A stretch of 33,663 nucleotides of DNA from an uncultured Dehalococcoidales bacterium (GTDB lineage: Bacteria > Chloroflexota > Dehalococcoidia > Dehalococcoidales > UBA2162): the NCBI GenBank assembly GCA_964433075.1, contig CAYSQK010000001.1:1-33663 (forward strand), given 5' to 3'. The notes beneath the pieces are model-generated. The model did no database searches and had not been told where the DNA came from. It saw only the letters and a program-made list of their open reading frames with translations. Position numbers and translations under genes: made by a program. Each line of letters begins with the position of its first letter. Position 1 is the first letter of the stretch. This document shows positions 22,354 to 31,886 of this stretch, one piece after another.

Positions 22354-22989
22354 TTACAGGGCTGCCAGGCGGGGGAAAAGAATCATGACGAGGGCAGCTG
22401 CGAGGACGGCGCCTCCGACAGTCTGTTTGAAGGAATGACAGTCGAGTTCGATGCGTGACCATGCCGTCAGCGGTACCGTGATGAGCGTCCATGACGCTGT
22501 CCAGCCGTAAAGGAAAACAAGGATGGTGGCCGAAGCAGCCACGATAGCGGTGTGCAGCGATATCTTCCACCAGAGGTTGATAATGGCGAAAACAATCGCC
22601 GTCGTCGTTCCGGTGGCGAATCCGGCAACGAGGGTCGACGGGGCATCGAGCAGCGCCAGGACGACGCTTCCGGCAGCCGCGCTGAGGCAGCCGATGATGT
22701 AGATTTTGTGGCGTTCTTCCCGGGCGGCGATGAAGAAGTCACCGACCTTGCCGTGCCTGAGCAGGTAGATAATAACGAGGAATACCGGCAGCAGCCCGAT
22801 GCCGGCTGATATAAGTGACCATTTGACGGCTTCAGAAAAACTGGCCGATGACCGTGCCGAAAAAAGGATGATGAGACCGACGCAGATAAGGAAAGGATTG
22901 AATACGTGGGAGGTGAGAAAGGCGAGCCGGTATCTCAATCCTGACGGCCTGCTGTCCGGGTCGGGTTCGAACGTTTGTGAATTTAACAT
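22354..22989 (-). CDS. Integral membrane protein, PAP2 (lipid phosphatase)-like
   Basis: 211 aa with about 6 hydrophobic helices. KISLHT and SRIELDCHSFKQ resemble PAP2 motifs C2 (SGH) and C3 (SRx5Hx3D, here ending in Q). The function is tentative. Confidence 0.55.
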   Translation of the reverse strand: MLNSQTFEPDPDSRPSGLRYRLAFLTSHVFNPFLICVGLIILFSARSSASFSEAVKWSLISAGIGLLPVFLVIIYLLRHGKVGDFFIAAREERHKIYIIGCLSAAAGSVVLALLDAPSTLVAGFATGTTTAIVFAIINLWWKISLHTAIVAASATILVFLYGWTASWTLITVPLTAWSRIELDCHSFKQTVGGAVLAAALVMILFPRLAAL

Positions 22990-23034
22990 ACTCTTTAATA
23001 ATACAGTATACCGGCTGAATTGAACAAATATTCA

Positions 23035-23063
23035 TTCAGGGTTGAGTGTGCCTGTGCTATAAT
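23035..23063 (+). promoter_or_regulatory. Putative extended -10 promoter for prfA-prmC
   Basis: TGcTATAAT (-10 at 23058-23063) with a weak -35, TTCAGG, at 17 nt. Confidence 0.45.
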
Positions 23064-23095
23064 GAAAAGCGAATACAGGAGAGAGTATACCTATC

Positions 23096-24166
23096 ATGTG
23101 GGATAAACTGAAAAAAGCCGAAGACCGCTTTGTCGAGATTGAAGAAGAAATATCAAGACCTGATGTTTCGACCAACCCGGACATGCTTCAGAAACTCGGC
23201 AGGGAACGGGCCGGACTTGAAGACCTGGTGAACCTTTACCGGGAATACAAAAAGGCGGAAGCCTCGCTCGAAGAGACGAAAGGCATGCTCGATGATGACG
23301 TCGATGACGAGATGCGCGATATGGTCAGGCAGGAAATCGAAAAACTCGAAACAAAAATGGAAACGCTGACCGAATCGATCAAGGAAGCTCTCATACCCGT
23401 CGATGAAAATGATGAGAAAAATATTATCATGGAGATTCGCGGTGGAGCAGGCGGGGATGAAGCGGCGCTGTTTGCAGCGGATTTGTTCCGGATGTACAGC
23501 CGCTATGCTCAGGAGCGCCGCTGGAGCATCGAGATAATAAACGCCAACGAGAGCGGTATCGGCGGTTACAAGGAAATTGTATTCGGGGTCAACGGCAGCC
23601 GCGCATACAGTCGTCTGAAGTATGAAAGCGGTGTTCACCGCGTTCAACGGGTACCGGTTACTGAATCCGGCGGAAGAATCCATACCTCGACCGCCACCGT
23701 TGCCGTGCTGCCCGAAGCGGATGAAGTTGATGTAGAAATCAATGACGATGATCTGCGTATCGATATCTTTCACAGCGGCGGCGCCGGCGGCCAGAATGTT
23801 AACAAGGTTGCCACTGCCGTCCGTATCACCCACATTCCTACCGGCATTGTCACCATTTGTCAGGATGAACGCTCCCAGTTGAAAAACCGTATGAAAGCCA
23901 TGTCAGTCATGCGTGCCCGTATTCTTGACATCGAAAAGCGGAAACAGGATGAAGAACTCGGTAACCGGCGCCGTTCACAGCTCGGTACGGGAGACCGTTC
24001 AGAGAAGATTCGTACCTATAATTTTCCACAGGACAGGGTGACCGATCACCGGATAAACCAGACGTTCCACAATATTGAAAAAATCCTCGAAGGCGCACTC
24101 GATGACGTCATCGACGCCCTCGCGGCGGATGAAAGGGCCAGACTGCTTCAGGAAGAGCTTGAATGA
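23096..24166 (+). CDS. prfA: Peptide chain release factor 1
   Basis: 356 aa with the GGQ motif ([24 protein letters not shown]). The codon-recognition tripeptide is PVT ([10 protein letters not shown]), which is RF1-type rather than the SPF of RF2. Confidence 0.95.
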   Translation: MWDKLKKAEDRFVEIEEEISRPDVSTNPDMLQKLGRERAGLEDLVNLYREYKKAEASLEETKGMLDDDVDDEMRDMVRQEIEKLETKMETLTESIKEALIPVDENDEKNIIMEIRGGAGGDEAALFAADLFRMYSRYAQERRWSIEIINANESGIGGYKEIVFGVNGSRAYSRLKYESGVHRVQRVPVTESGGRIHTSTATVAVLPEADEVDVEINDDDLRIDIFHSGGAGGQNVNKVATAVRITHIPTGIVTICQDERSQLKNRMKAMSVMRARILDIEKRKQDEELGNRRRSQLGTGDRSEKIRTYNFPQDRVTDHRINQTFHNIEKILEGALDDVIDALAADERARLLQEELE

Positions 24167-25002
24167 ACCTCAGGGACGCGTTAACCGCCGGCCGGAAAGT
24201 TCTCGCCGGTTCCGGTGCCGATGATGCCGACCTTGAAGCGGAAGTCCTCCTGAGATACCGGTTGGGTATCGGCAGAACGTTTCTCTTTACCAATCCTGGC
24301 AAAGAGATACCTCCGGATGATTATGCTGCCTATCTGGCGCTGCTTGAGCGGAGACAGGCCGGCGAACCGGTCGCCTACATAACCGGTACCCGTGAATTCT
24401 ACGGCCTCGAATTTACCGTCAATCCTTCGGTACTGATACCCCGCCCTGAAACAGAACTGCTCGTTGAGACGGCCGTCGGTATTTTCAGAAAATTGAAGTA
24501 CCGTACCGGTGTTGATGTCGGGACCGGCTCCGGCTGCATCGCTGCCTCGCTGGCGTATCATGTGCCGGACGCAGTTCTGTATGCCGTCGATATTTCCCCG
24601 GAAGCCCTTGCAACTGCCCGGGTAAACAGCCGGAACCATCGGGTCGAAGAGCGTATTACCTTTCTTCAGGGAGACCTCCTTGAACCGCTGCCGGAGCGGG
24701 TCGACCTGATAGCGGCCAACCTGCCGTACATCGATGACGCCGGTATGCCGGTTGTGAATACCCGCGGCTATGAGCCTGACCTGGCTCTTCGGGGCGGTTC
24801 AGACGGATTGTCGCTCATCCGACGGCTCATCGGACAGGCAGGCGGGAAACTAACCCGGGGAGGGTCGCTCCTGCTGGAAATCGGCTTCGGTCAGGCAGAT
24901 GCCGTCTGTCTGCTGCTGGAAGCAGCGTTTCCGGGCAAAAAACCTGTAGTAATGAAGGGCCTTGCCGGCATCGACCGGGTTGTTTACGTATCTGTGTCAT
25001 GA
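24163..25002 (+). CDS. prmC: Release-factor glutamine N5-methyltransferase PrmC/HemK
   Basis: It overlaps the prfA stop through ATGA. It has the SAM-binding [11 protein letters not shown] and the motif IV region AANLPYI, a variant of NPPY. Confidence 0.85.
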   Translation: MNLRDALTAGRKVLAGSGADDADLEAEVLLRYRLGIGRTFLFTNPGKEIPPDDYAAYLALLERRQAGEPVAYITGTREFYGLEFTVNPSVLIPRPETELLVETAVGIFRKLKYRTGVDVGTGSGCIAASLAYHVPDAVLYAVDISPEALATARVNSRNHRVEERITFLQGDLLEPLPERVDLIAANLPYIDDAGMPVVNTRGYEPDLALRGGSDGLSLIRRLIGQAGGKLTRGGSLLLEIGFGQADAVCLLLEAAFPGKKPVVMKGLAGIDRVVYVSVS

Positions 25003-25019
25003 GTTTCACGTATCGTTTC

Positions 25020-25049
25020 TTGACGCCTTCCGGTCTATGTTGATATTAT
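25020..25049 (+). promoter_or_regulatory. Putative promoter for etfBA
   Basis: TTGACG (25020-25025), 18 nt, TATTAT (25044-25049). The strong RBS AAGGAGG follows before the ATG at 25102. Confidence 0.4.
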
Positions 25050-25101
25050 TTGATAAACTCTTTTTCCCCCTGCAATTCACAATATAAGGAGGAGTCCTAT
25101 A

Positions 25102-25896
25102 ATGAAAATGATAGTGTGCTGCAAGCAGGTGATTGACCCTGAGGCACCTCCGGCCAGCTTCCGTGTGGATAATAACAGCGTTGTCCCGCCGAAAGGCATC
25201 CCGCCGGTCATCAGTCCTTTCGATGAAAATGCTCTGGAAGCGGCCCTGAAAATTAAGGACGCTCAGGGTGGGAAAATCACCGTTATATCCCTCGGAAATA
25301 ATCTGCTGCGTGATGTAATAAAAAAACCGCTTTCAATGGGAGCGGACGAACTGGTGCTTCTCGAAGACGCAGCCTATGACGGCGGTGACAGCTGGACGGT
25401 TGCCAGCGCCATCGCTATGGCAATCAAGAAAATCGGCGACTTCGACCTCGTTTTCTGCGGTCGGCAGGCAGCCGACTGGGATAACGGCCAGGTTGGTACC
25501 GGCATTGCCGAAATCCTCGGCATTCCATGCGTTACCCTTGCCAGAAAAATCGAAGCATCTGATGGAAAAGCAAGGGTGGAAAAAGTAACGCCCGAAGGGT
25601 ACGACGTTATCGAGACCCCGCTGCCGGCGGTTGTTACCGTCAGTAACGAACTCGGTGAAGCGCGCTACCCGACTATCAAGGGAATCATGGCTGCCAGGAA
25701 AAAAGAACCTGTTGTCTGGAAACCGGCCGATATCGGCCTTGATGCTGATAAAGTCGGTGGTGCCGGGCGGCGTTCGAAGCTGATTACTTTATTCCAGCCC
25801 GTCAGGGAAGGGACCTGTGAAATGATTGAAGGAGAGAATCCGGAAGATACCGCTTCGAAACTGGCGGTCAGGCTCCGAGAGGCGAAAATACTTTAG
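25102..25896 (+). CDS. etfB: Electron transfer flavoprotein beta subunit
   Basis: 264 aa reading MKMIVCCKQVIDPE...SPFDENALEAALKIKD...DLVFCGRQAADWDNGQVG..IAEILGIP, the canonical EtfB layout. Confidence 0.9.
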   Translation: MKMIVCCKQVIDPEAPPASFRVDNNSVVPPKGIPPVISPFDENALEAALKIKDAQGGKITVISLGNNLLRDVIKKPLSMGADELVLLEDAAYDGGDSWTVASAIAMAIKKIGDFDLVFCGRQAADWDNGQVGTGIAEILGIPCVTLARKIEASDGKARVEKVTPEGYDVIETPLPAVVTVSNELGEARYPTIKGIMAARKKEPVVWKPADIGLDADKVGGAGRRSKLITLFQPVREGTCEMIEGENPEDTASKLAVRLREAKIL

Positions 25897-25946
25897 CGGG
25901 AAAAAACCTGCGGTGCAATGCAGCGCAGGGTAACAGGAGAAGATAC

Positions 25947-26942
25947 ATGGCTGATACAAACAGCGTTTTAGTGATAGGTGAAATACACGGCGGTACCCTG
26001 AGTTCGGTATCGGCAGAAGCGCTGGGGTGCGGCAGGAAACTGGCTGACGACCTCGGCGGTAAACTGTCTGCCCTGCTTATCGGGAACGATGTTTCAGCAG
26101 CCGCGAAGGATGCGGTTGCCTTCGGCGCAGATACGGTCTATACGGTCGAAGACGGCCTGCTCGCCGAATACCAGTCTGATTCATTTACGGCAGCCGCTGA
26201 AAAAGCCGTCAGGGAAATTTCACCGGCGGTTATTGTGACCGGGCATACCTCGATGGGCAGCGATATCGCTCCCCGGCTTGCCTTCCGGCTCGAAACAGCC
26301 GCTCTGATGGACTGCATCAACCTTGAAGTCGATGGCGATTCGAAACGGCTGCGTCTGACTAAACCGGTGTACGGCGGTAACGCCCAGGCAGTGTATGCAA
26401 TCGATACCGACCCGCAGATTGCTACTGTCCGGGTCAAATCGATGACGCCTCTTGTAAAAGATACGGCGAGGACCGGAGATATCGTGAAAATAGATGCCGG
26501 TATCGATGCTTCGGTTGTCAGAGCTAAAGTCATCGAAAAGGTTGTTGAAGAAGTCCAGGGCATCAAACTTGAAGACGCAACAATAATCGTTTCCGGAGGC
26601 CGGGGAATCGGCGGTCCGGAAGGATTTACCCAGCTCGAGCAACTGGCGAAGCTGTTGAAAGGCGCTGTCGGTGCCTCGCGTCCCGCCTGTGACAACGGAT
26701 GGATGCCGGAAAAGGCGCAGGTAGGACTTACCGGTACAATTGTGACGCCTGACCTCTATATCGCCGTCGGCATATCAGGGGCGAGCCAGCACATTGCCGG
26801 CTGCTCGGGAGCGAAATCGATTGTTGCCATCAACAAAGACGCTGACGCCAACATCTTCCGGTTTGCCCATTACGGCGTGGTTGGTGACTGGAAAAAACTC
26901 CTGCCTGCCTTTACTGAAAAAGTAAAAGAACTGACTGCCTAG
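25947..26942 (+). CDS. etfA: Electron transfer flavoprotein alpha subunit
   Basis: 331 aa with RBS AGGAG. The C-terminal FAD-binding block reads [31 protein letters not shown]......[23 protein letters not shown]. Confidence 0.9.
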   Translation: MADTNSVLVIGEIHGGTLSSVSAEALGCGRKLADDLGGKLSALLIGNDVSAAAKDAVAFGADTVYTVEDGLLAEYQSDSFTAAAEKAVREISPAVIVTGHTSMGSDIAPRLAFRLETAALMDCINLEVDGDSKRLRLTKPVYGGNAQAVYAIDTDPQIATVRVKSMTPLVKDTARTGDIVKIDAGIDASVVRAKVIEKVVEEVQGIKLEDATIIVSGGRGIGGPEGFTQLEQLAKLLKGAVGASRPACDNGWMPEKAQVGLTGTIVTPDLYIAVGISGASQHIAGCSGAKSIVAINKDADANIFRFAHYGVVGDWKKLLPAFTEKVKELTA

Positions 26943-26976
26943 CCGAAAAAAACGTTTGTATTGAATGGTAAATATG

Positions 26977-27011
26977 AAAAAGGAGATGGGGTTCAACCCA
27001 TCTCCTTTTTG
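26977..27011. terminator. Bidirectional intrinsic terminator between etfA and the EF-G paralogue
   Basis: A 10-bp stem, AGGAGATGGG (26981-26990) / CCCATCTCCT (26997-27006), with an A-run 5' and a T-run 3'. Confidence 0.85.
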
Positions 27012-27039
27012 TATCGAAACGTTTTTTAACGGAGAAAAG

Positions 27040-29106
27040 TTATGCTTCTTTTTTCTCCGCCTGTTTGGCAGCGATGATTTTCTGACTGTTCAGGGCAGGC
27101 ATTGGCTGGTAGTGGCTGAATTCCATGGTAAACGTTCCCTTGCCCTGGGTGATTGATTTCAAATCAATTGCGTAACGCTGAATTTCAGCCATCGGAGCCT
27201 GGGCTTTAATCTCGTTCATACCGTTGGACGGATTCATTCCCTGCAGCTGAGCCCTCTTCGTGTTGAGGTCGCTGATGATATCGCCGGTGTAGTCTTCAGG
27301 AACGGTGACGGTAATATTCACGATAGGCTCGAGCAGAATGGGATGACCGTCCTGCATGCCCTTTTTGAACGCGCCGGAGCCGGCGATCTTGAAACAGATT
27401 TCGGATGAGTCGACCGGATGGAAGCTGCCGTCGAAGACGACTGCTCTGACGGCTGCTGCCGGGTAACCGGCCAGAACCCCTTCATTGAAGGCTTCATGAA
27501 CACCTTTTTCGACTGCCGGTATGTAGTTTCTCGGGATACGGCCGCCGACGACTTCATCGACAAATTCATTGTCGCTGCCGACCGGAAGCGGTTCAAGCCT
27601 GAGGAGTACATGACCGTACTGGCCGTGGCCGCCGGTCTGTTTCTTGTGCTTGTATTCAGCCTGTACCGTAGAGGTAATTGTCTCACGGTAGGGGACTTTC
27701 GGAGTCTCGAGGATGATGCTGACGCCGAATTTTCTATGGATATCTTCCGAAGCAACGTCGAGTTGGGTTTCACCAAGTCCCGAGAGAATCGTTTCGCCTG
27801 TTTCCGTATCCCTCCGTATCTGGAGAGTCGGGTCCTGTTCAACCAGTCTGGTGAGTGCTGAGCCGAGTTTATCAAGGTCGGCTTTTGTTTTCGGATAGAC
27901 AGCCTGGCTGAAGACGGGGTTGGGGAAGACGATTGGCGGGAGCTTGACCGGTTTATCCTGTGCGCAGAGCGTATCACCGGTGTTGGTCACGTTGAGTTTC
28001 GCGACACCGCCGATGTCACCGGCGACAATCTTCGTAACGGTTTCCTGTGTTTTACCCCTGAGCATGAATAACTGGCCGATACGTTCGTGTTCGCCCTTGT
28101 TAACGTTATAAATCTGAGAGTTACTTGTCAGAACACCGTTGAAAACACGGAAGTAGGTGAGCTTGCCGACATACGGGTCTGCTGATGTCTTGAATACCAG
28201 GACGGCGAGCGGTTCTGATTCACCGGCCTTGACGCTTGTTTCGTTTCCTTCTTTATCGAGGACGATGACGTCCCGTTCTGCCGGAGACGGCAGGTAATCC
28301 TTGACGGCATCCATCAACTGTTTCATGCCGATGTTTTTCGTGGCTGAACCGGCAAGAATCGGGATGACTTTCCCGGTAAGAACACCCTGTTTCAAGCTGG
28401 TGACAAGCTCCTCCATGGAGAGCTCTTCACCCCCGAGATATTTTTCAAGGAGGGCATCGTTTGACTCGGCTGCCGCTTCGATTAGTTTTTCACGGTATGA
28501 GGTAACCTGGTCTTTCAGGTCGGCCGGAATATCGCCTTCCTTGGCTTCGGTCCCGATATAACTTTTCATTGTCAGTAAGTCGACGATACCGGTGAACGAT
28601 GCCTGCGCCCCGATGGGTACCTGAATGGGAACGCATTTGATGCCGAATTTTTCCTGAATCTGGGTAACCGTACGGTTAAAATCAGCGTTTTCACGGTCCA
28701 TTTTGTTGACGATGATGAGCCGGGCAAGGTTTGCATTGTCACAACGCGCCCACATCTGCTGGGTGCCGACTTCGACACCGGAGGCGGCGCAGACAGCTAT
28801 GATGGCGCTTTCGCTCACTCTGATGCCGGCGATAACTTCGGCAACGAAATCCGAATAACCGGGGGCATCGATAATGTTTACTTTGGTATCATTCCATTCA
28901 ACGGGAAGGACAGAAAGGTTGATACTTATCTGGTGCTTGACTTCTGCCTGGTCGTAATCGGAGGTCGTCGTCCCGTCGACGGTTTTACCTAAACGATTGA
29001 TTGCCCCGCTGTTAAAGAGGACGGCTTCCGATATTGAGGTTTTACCCGCGCCGTTATGAGATAGGAGAACGACATTGCGGATATTATTCATTCCGTACTG
29101 GTTCAT
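27040..29106 (-). CDS. Elongation factor G-like GTPase (divergent EF-G paralogue, not in a str-operon context)
   Basis: 688 aa. G1 is SHNGAGKTS, G3 is DAPGYSDF, G4 is NKMD and G5 is GSA. It carries EF-G-type domains including KKQTGGHGQYGHV and a C-terminal FSHY block. No rpsL, rpsG or tuf genes lie nearby. Confidence 0.85.
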   Translation of the reverse strand: MNQYGMNNIRNVVLLSHNGAGKTSISEAVLFNSGAINRLGKTVDGTTTSDYDQAEVKHQISINLSVLPVEWNDTKVNIIDAPGYSDFVAEVIAGIRVSESAIIAVCAASGVEVGTQQMWARCDNANLARLIIVNKMDRENADFNRTVTQIQEKFGIKCVPIQVPIGAQASFTGIVDLLTMKSYIGTEAKEGDIPADLKDQVTSYREKLIEAAAESNDALLEKYLGGEELSMEELVTSLKQGVLTGKVIPILAGSATKNIGMKQLMDAVKDYLPSPAERDVIVLDKEGNETSVKAGESEPLAVLVFKTSADPYVGKLTYFRVFNGVLTSNSQIYNVNKGEHERIGQLFMLRGKTQETVTKIVAGDIGGVAKLNVTNTGDTLCAQDKPVKLPPIVFPNPVFSQAVYPKTKADLDKLGSALTRLVEQDPTLQIRRDTETGETILSGLGETQLDVASEDIHRKFGVSIILETPKVPYRETITSTVQAEYKHKKQTGGHGQYGHVLLRLEPLPVGSDNEFVDEVVGGRIPRNYIPAVEKGVHEAFNEGVLAGYPAAAVRAVVFDGSFHPVDSSEICFKIAGSGAFKKGMQDGHPILLEPIVNITVTVPEDYTGDIISDLNTKRAQLQGMNPSNGMNEIKAQAPMAEIQRYAIDLKSITQGKGTFTMEFSHYQPMPALNSQKIIAAKQAEKKEA

Positions 29107-29135
29107 CTGCTCACCTGCTTTATTTATTCTCCCCT

Positions 29136-29164
29136 ATTATAGACTTTGTATCTTTTCACAGCAA
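29136..29164 (-). promoter_or_regulatory. Putative promoter for the EF-G paralogue
   Basis: Reverse strand reads TTGCTG (29164-29159), 17 nt, TATAAT (29141-29136), about 30 nt upstream of the ATG at 29106. Confidence 0.5.
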
Positions 29165-29251
29165 GTCGAAAATACATCGCCCGAGAGGGAAGGTTGCAAT
29201 ATCGTATTTATTCACGTCCCGCTTGATAGGCTGCTTCTGACGGGCGCGGTC

Positions 29252-29812
29252 TTAACGGAGTCTGAAGGTATCATACGAGACGATTTCGTTCAATGCTTTC
29301 CTCGGTACGTCTCCCGGTGCCTCATCGGGGTAACCGAGCGGCGTCATCGAAACGACTTTGAAAGGTTCCGGTACTCCGAGAATCTCACCTGCCTTCGCAG
29401 CATCGAACAGTCCGAGATGGACAGTACCGAGCCCCAGTGCCCGGGCTGCGAGAGACAGGTTCGCCATTGCCAGCGCGGTGTCGTACATAAACCAGTCGCC
29501 TTTGTCGGTCGCGTACTCGCCGGCGTTCATTCCTGATTTCCCTGTTTCGGCGCAGGCAACGATGAGAATCGGCGCCTGTTTGACGGCTTTTTTACCCGGG
29601 TTTTCGAATGATTTTCCACCGGCCAGGCAATCGGCAACGCTCTCTTTTATATCAGCATCTTTTACGACGACGAAATGCCGGCACTGGCTGTTTTTCCATG
29701 ACGGTGCCAGTCGGGCAGCCTCAAGGACGGCATTCAGAGCCTCGTCACTGACCGGGTCGGGTTTATATTTCCTGATACTTCTTCGTGTCGTAATTGCTTC
29801 GAAAACATCCAT
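29252..29812 (-). CDS. Nitroreductase-family FMN oxidoreductase
   Basis: 186 aa reading AITTRRSIRKYKPDPVSDEALNAVLEAARLAPSWKNSQCRHFVVV, the classic nitroreductase N-terminus. Confidence 0.85.
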   Translation of the reverse strand: MDVFEAITTRRSIRKYKPDPVSDEALNAVLEAARLAPSWKNSQCRHFVVVKDADIKESVADCLAGGKSFENPGKKAVKQAPILIVACAETGKSGMNAGEYATDKGDWFMYDTALAMANLSLAARALGLGTVHLGLFDAAKAGEILGVPEPFKVVSMTPLGYPDEAPGDVPRKALNEIVSYDTFRLR

Positions 29813-29836
29813 TATTGCATCCTTTCTTCGTGTGTG

Positions 29837-30472
29837 TTATGCGTTCCACGCTCCGGGGCCGATTAGCGGTACGAACTGGCATCCGCCGAGTTTTTCGATG
29901 CTGATACCGGACGCATGCCGAGTAACGGCCAGCAGTTCCTGGATATTTCGTGTGCCGACAGGGATGACCAGTCTGCCTTCCGGAACTAACTGGGAAACAA
30001 GTTCAGGGGGAATCGACGGGGCGCCGGCGGTGGTGATGATGGCATCGTACGGGGAATCTTCCGGTCTGCCGAGTGTCTCACCGGCAGGATAAAGCGTGAT
30101 GTTGGTATAGCCGAGTTTGTCGAGAACGTTTCGGGCTCGTGAGGACAGGTCCGGAATGCGTTCAACCGATAGTACAGTGGCGGCAAGCTCTGCCAGAATG
30201 GCGGTTTGATAACCGGTTCCGGTTCCGATTTCGAGGACTTTCTCGGCACCGGTAAGGCGGAGTGCCTGGGTCATCATGGCGACGATGGTCGGTTGGGAAA
30301 TCGTTTGTCCGAATCCTGCCGGGAGCGCCCTGTCTTCCCAGGCAGCATGAGCCTGGCTGGGAAGGACGAACAATTCTCTCGGCACGCGAGACATGGCATC
30401 GATAACCCGGTCATCGCCGGTTCTCTTTCGTAACGAATCGATGAGTCTGTCCCTGGCGGTTGCACGCTCCAT
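29837..30472 (-). CDS. pcm: Protein-L-isoaspartate O-methyltransferase
   Basis: 211 aa with RVPRELFV, GQTISQPTIVAMM and VLEIGTGTGYQTAILAEL. Confidence 0.9.
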   Translation of the reverse strand: MERATARDRLIDSLRKRTGDDRVIDAMSRVPRELFVLPSQAHAAWEDRALPAGFGQTISQPTIVAMMTQALRLTGAEKVLEIGTGTGYQTAILAELAATVLSVERIPDLSSRARNVLDKLGYTNITLYPAGETLGRPEDSPYDAIITTAGAPSIPPELVSQLVPEGRLVIPVGTRNIQELLAVTRHASGISIEKLGGCQFVPLIGPGAWNA

Positions 30473-30489
30473 CGTCGGACCGGCTCGCC

Positions 30490-30774
30490 TTACAGTACAG
30501 CGGCGAGTATACCGAGCAGTGCCAGCATGATAACGGCCAGAATGCCAATCGTCGTAAGTTCTGATTTGACGTGGGCATAACTGACGATTGTTTCCGCAGT
30601 TCCGGCAGGAACCTTATAGGCAGCTACCGGTTTCGCTGTCTGCCTGGCCACAACCGGTTGTACCGGTTCGTTTTCCTCTGTGTCCGGCGCAGTGGAACTG
30701 AGGACGGTTCCTTCTTTTATCCTCTTGCTCGGAGGAAGACTCTTGCTTCGGTTTCGTCGTGATTTAGCAGGCAT
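30490..30774 (-). CDS. Small hypothetical protein with basic N-terminus and single C-terminal transmembrane helix
   Basis: 94 aa with RBS AGGAG 6 nt before the ATG. The N-terminus is MPAKSRRNRSKSLPPSKRIK and the C-terminus is ELTTIGILAVIMLALLGILAAVL. It is packed between xerD and pcm with gaps of 24 and 17 nt. Confidence 0.6.
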   Translation of the reverse strand: MPAKSRRNRSKSLPPSKRIKEGTVLSSTAPDTEENEPVQPVVARQTAKPVAAYKVPAGTAETIVSYAHVKSELTTIGILAVIMLALLGILAAVL

Positions 30775-30798
30775 TGTTCACTCCTGGTTTTCTCGTTG

Positions 30799-31707
30799 CT
30801 ATTTGGCCCTCGGGTGGGCCTTTTCGTATGTTTTCCGAACATGCTCGGAGGTGAGATGCGTATATACCTGGGTTGTCGAAATATTTGCGTGCCCCAGTAA
30901 TTCCTGTACCGACCTGAGGTCTGCTCCGCCGTTCAGCAGGTGCGTCGCGAAACTATGTCTGAGGGTGTGCGGCGTAATTGCGTCATCGAGCCCGGCTGCC
31001 CGTGCATAGCCTTTCAAAATCTGCCAGAAACCCTGCCGGGTTAACCGTTCGCCCCGTCGGTTCAGGAACATCGCTTTCTCGGTATCACTCCTGACGATGT
31101 GCGGACGGGCATCTTTAAGGTATTCGTCGACGATAAGGGCGGCCTGCCGGTAAATGGGAATCATGCGTTCTTTACTGCCCTTGCCGAAACAGCGGACGAA
31201 ACCGCCGTCGATGTCGATATCACCGATATTCAGAGAAATCAGTTCGCTGACTCTCATTCCGCTGGCATAGAGGAGTTCGAGCATTGCCCGGTCCCGTTTT
31301 GCTTCGGGGGTTGACTGCTTGGCCGGCTGGTCGAGAAGCGCCCTGACCTGTTTCAGGGTGATTGGTTTGGGAAGAATTCTGCCGACATTCGGCGAGGCAA
31401 CATTCTGGGTCGGATTTTCGGAAACCTTGCCTTCGGTTACCATGAACTTGAAGAAACTTTTAGCGGCAGCAATTTTTCGGGCGAGGGTTGTCGCTGCGTA
31501 GTTGCGTTCCTTGAGGCTAAGCTGGTATGCCAGCATTGTCTGTCGGTTGAATCCGGACCATGAAGGCATTTTCCCTGATTTTGCTGCTTCTTCTTCGATA
31601 AACGAAACCAGTTGGGAGAGGTCGTTCTGGTAGGCGGAGAGGGTGTTTTCCGAAAACCCTTTTTCCACCAGAAGGTAGGTTAAAAATTGTTTGATTTCTT
31701 CTTTCAC
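30799..31707 (-). CDS. xerD: Tyrosine site-specific recombinase XerD (XerC/D family)
   Basis: 302 aa with a GTG start 5 nt after GAGGAA. The N-terminal FLTYLLVEKGFSENTLSAYQNDLSQL is XerD-like. The catalytic region reads HTLRHSFATHLLNGGADLRSVQELLGHANISTTQVYTHL. Confidence 0.8.
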   Translation of the reverse strand: MKEEIKQFLTYLLVEKGFSENTLSAYQNDLSQLVSFIEEEAAKSGKMPSWSGFNRQTMLAYQLSLKERNYAATTLARKIAAAKSFFKFMVTEGKVSENPTQNVASPNVGRILPKPITLKQVRALLDQPAKQSTPEAKRDRAMLELLYASGMRVSELISLNIGDIDIDGGFVRCFGKGSKERMIPIYRQAALIVDEYLKDARPHIVRSDTEKAMFLNRRGERLTRQGFWQILKGYARAAGLDDAITPHTLRHSFATHLLNGGADLRSVQELLGHANISTTQVYTHLTSEHVRKTYEKAHPRAK

Positions 31708-31768
31708 CGTGATTCCTCACTTACACACGTATTCAGATAATGACGGTATATTCCTTATTAACATATCT

Positions 31769-31797
31769 ATTTTAACATAATAATTGAAAATTGCGAA
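31769..31797 (-). promoter_or_regulatory. Putative extended -10 promoter for the xerD-pcm unit
   Basis: Reverse strand reads TTCGCA (31797-31792), 17 nt, TGtTAAAAT (-10 at 31774-31769), in an AT-rich gap. Confidence 0.4.
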
Positions 31798-31850
31798 TAT
31801 CAGCAGAAAAAAATGATTATTTCAGGCTGTCGTGGGGCATGATACGAAAT

Positions 31851-31880
31851 AAACCGCACCCCGTTTTCGGGGTGCGGTTT
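31851..31880 (-). terminator. Intrinsic terminator after the radical SAM gene
   Basis: A 12-bp stem, AAACCGCACCCC / GGGGTGCGGTTT, with loop GTTTTC. ATTTCGTAT follows on the reverse strand. Confidence 0.75.
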
Positions 31881-31886
31881 ACTGTT

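Noticed and set aside
25102-26942. Whether etfBA encodes a bifurcating (FAD/FAD) ETF.
   Set aside because: I cannot decide from the sequence by eye. The EtfB region DLVFCGRQAADWDNGQVG is intermediate between the patterns I recall for bifurcating and non-bifurcating types. No partner dehydrogenase or fixCX-like genes are adjacent, so I make no claim.
27040-29106. The EF-G-like gene as a Tet(M)/Tet(O)-type ribosomal protection (resistance) gene.
   Set aside because: Its length (688 aa) and the EF-G-type domain IV/V sequences (KKQTGGHGQYGHV and the FSHY end) look like EF-G paralogues rather than the roughly 640-aa Tet(M) family. There is no mobile-element context. A profile comparison is still needed.
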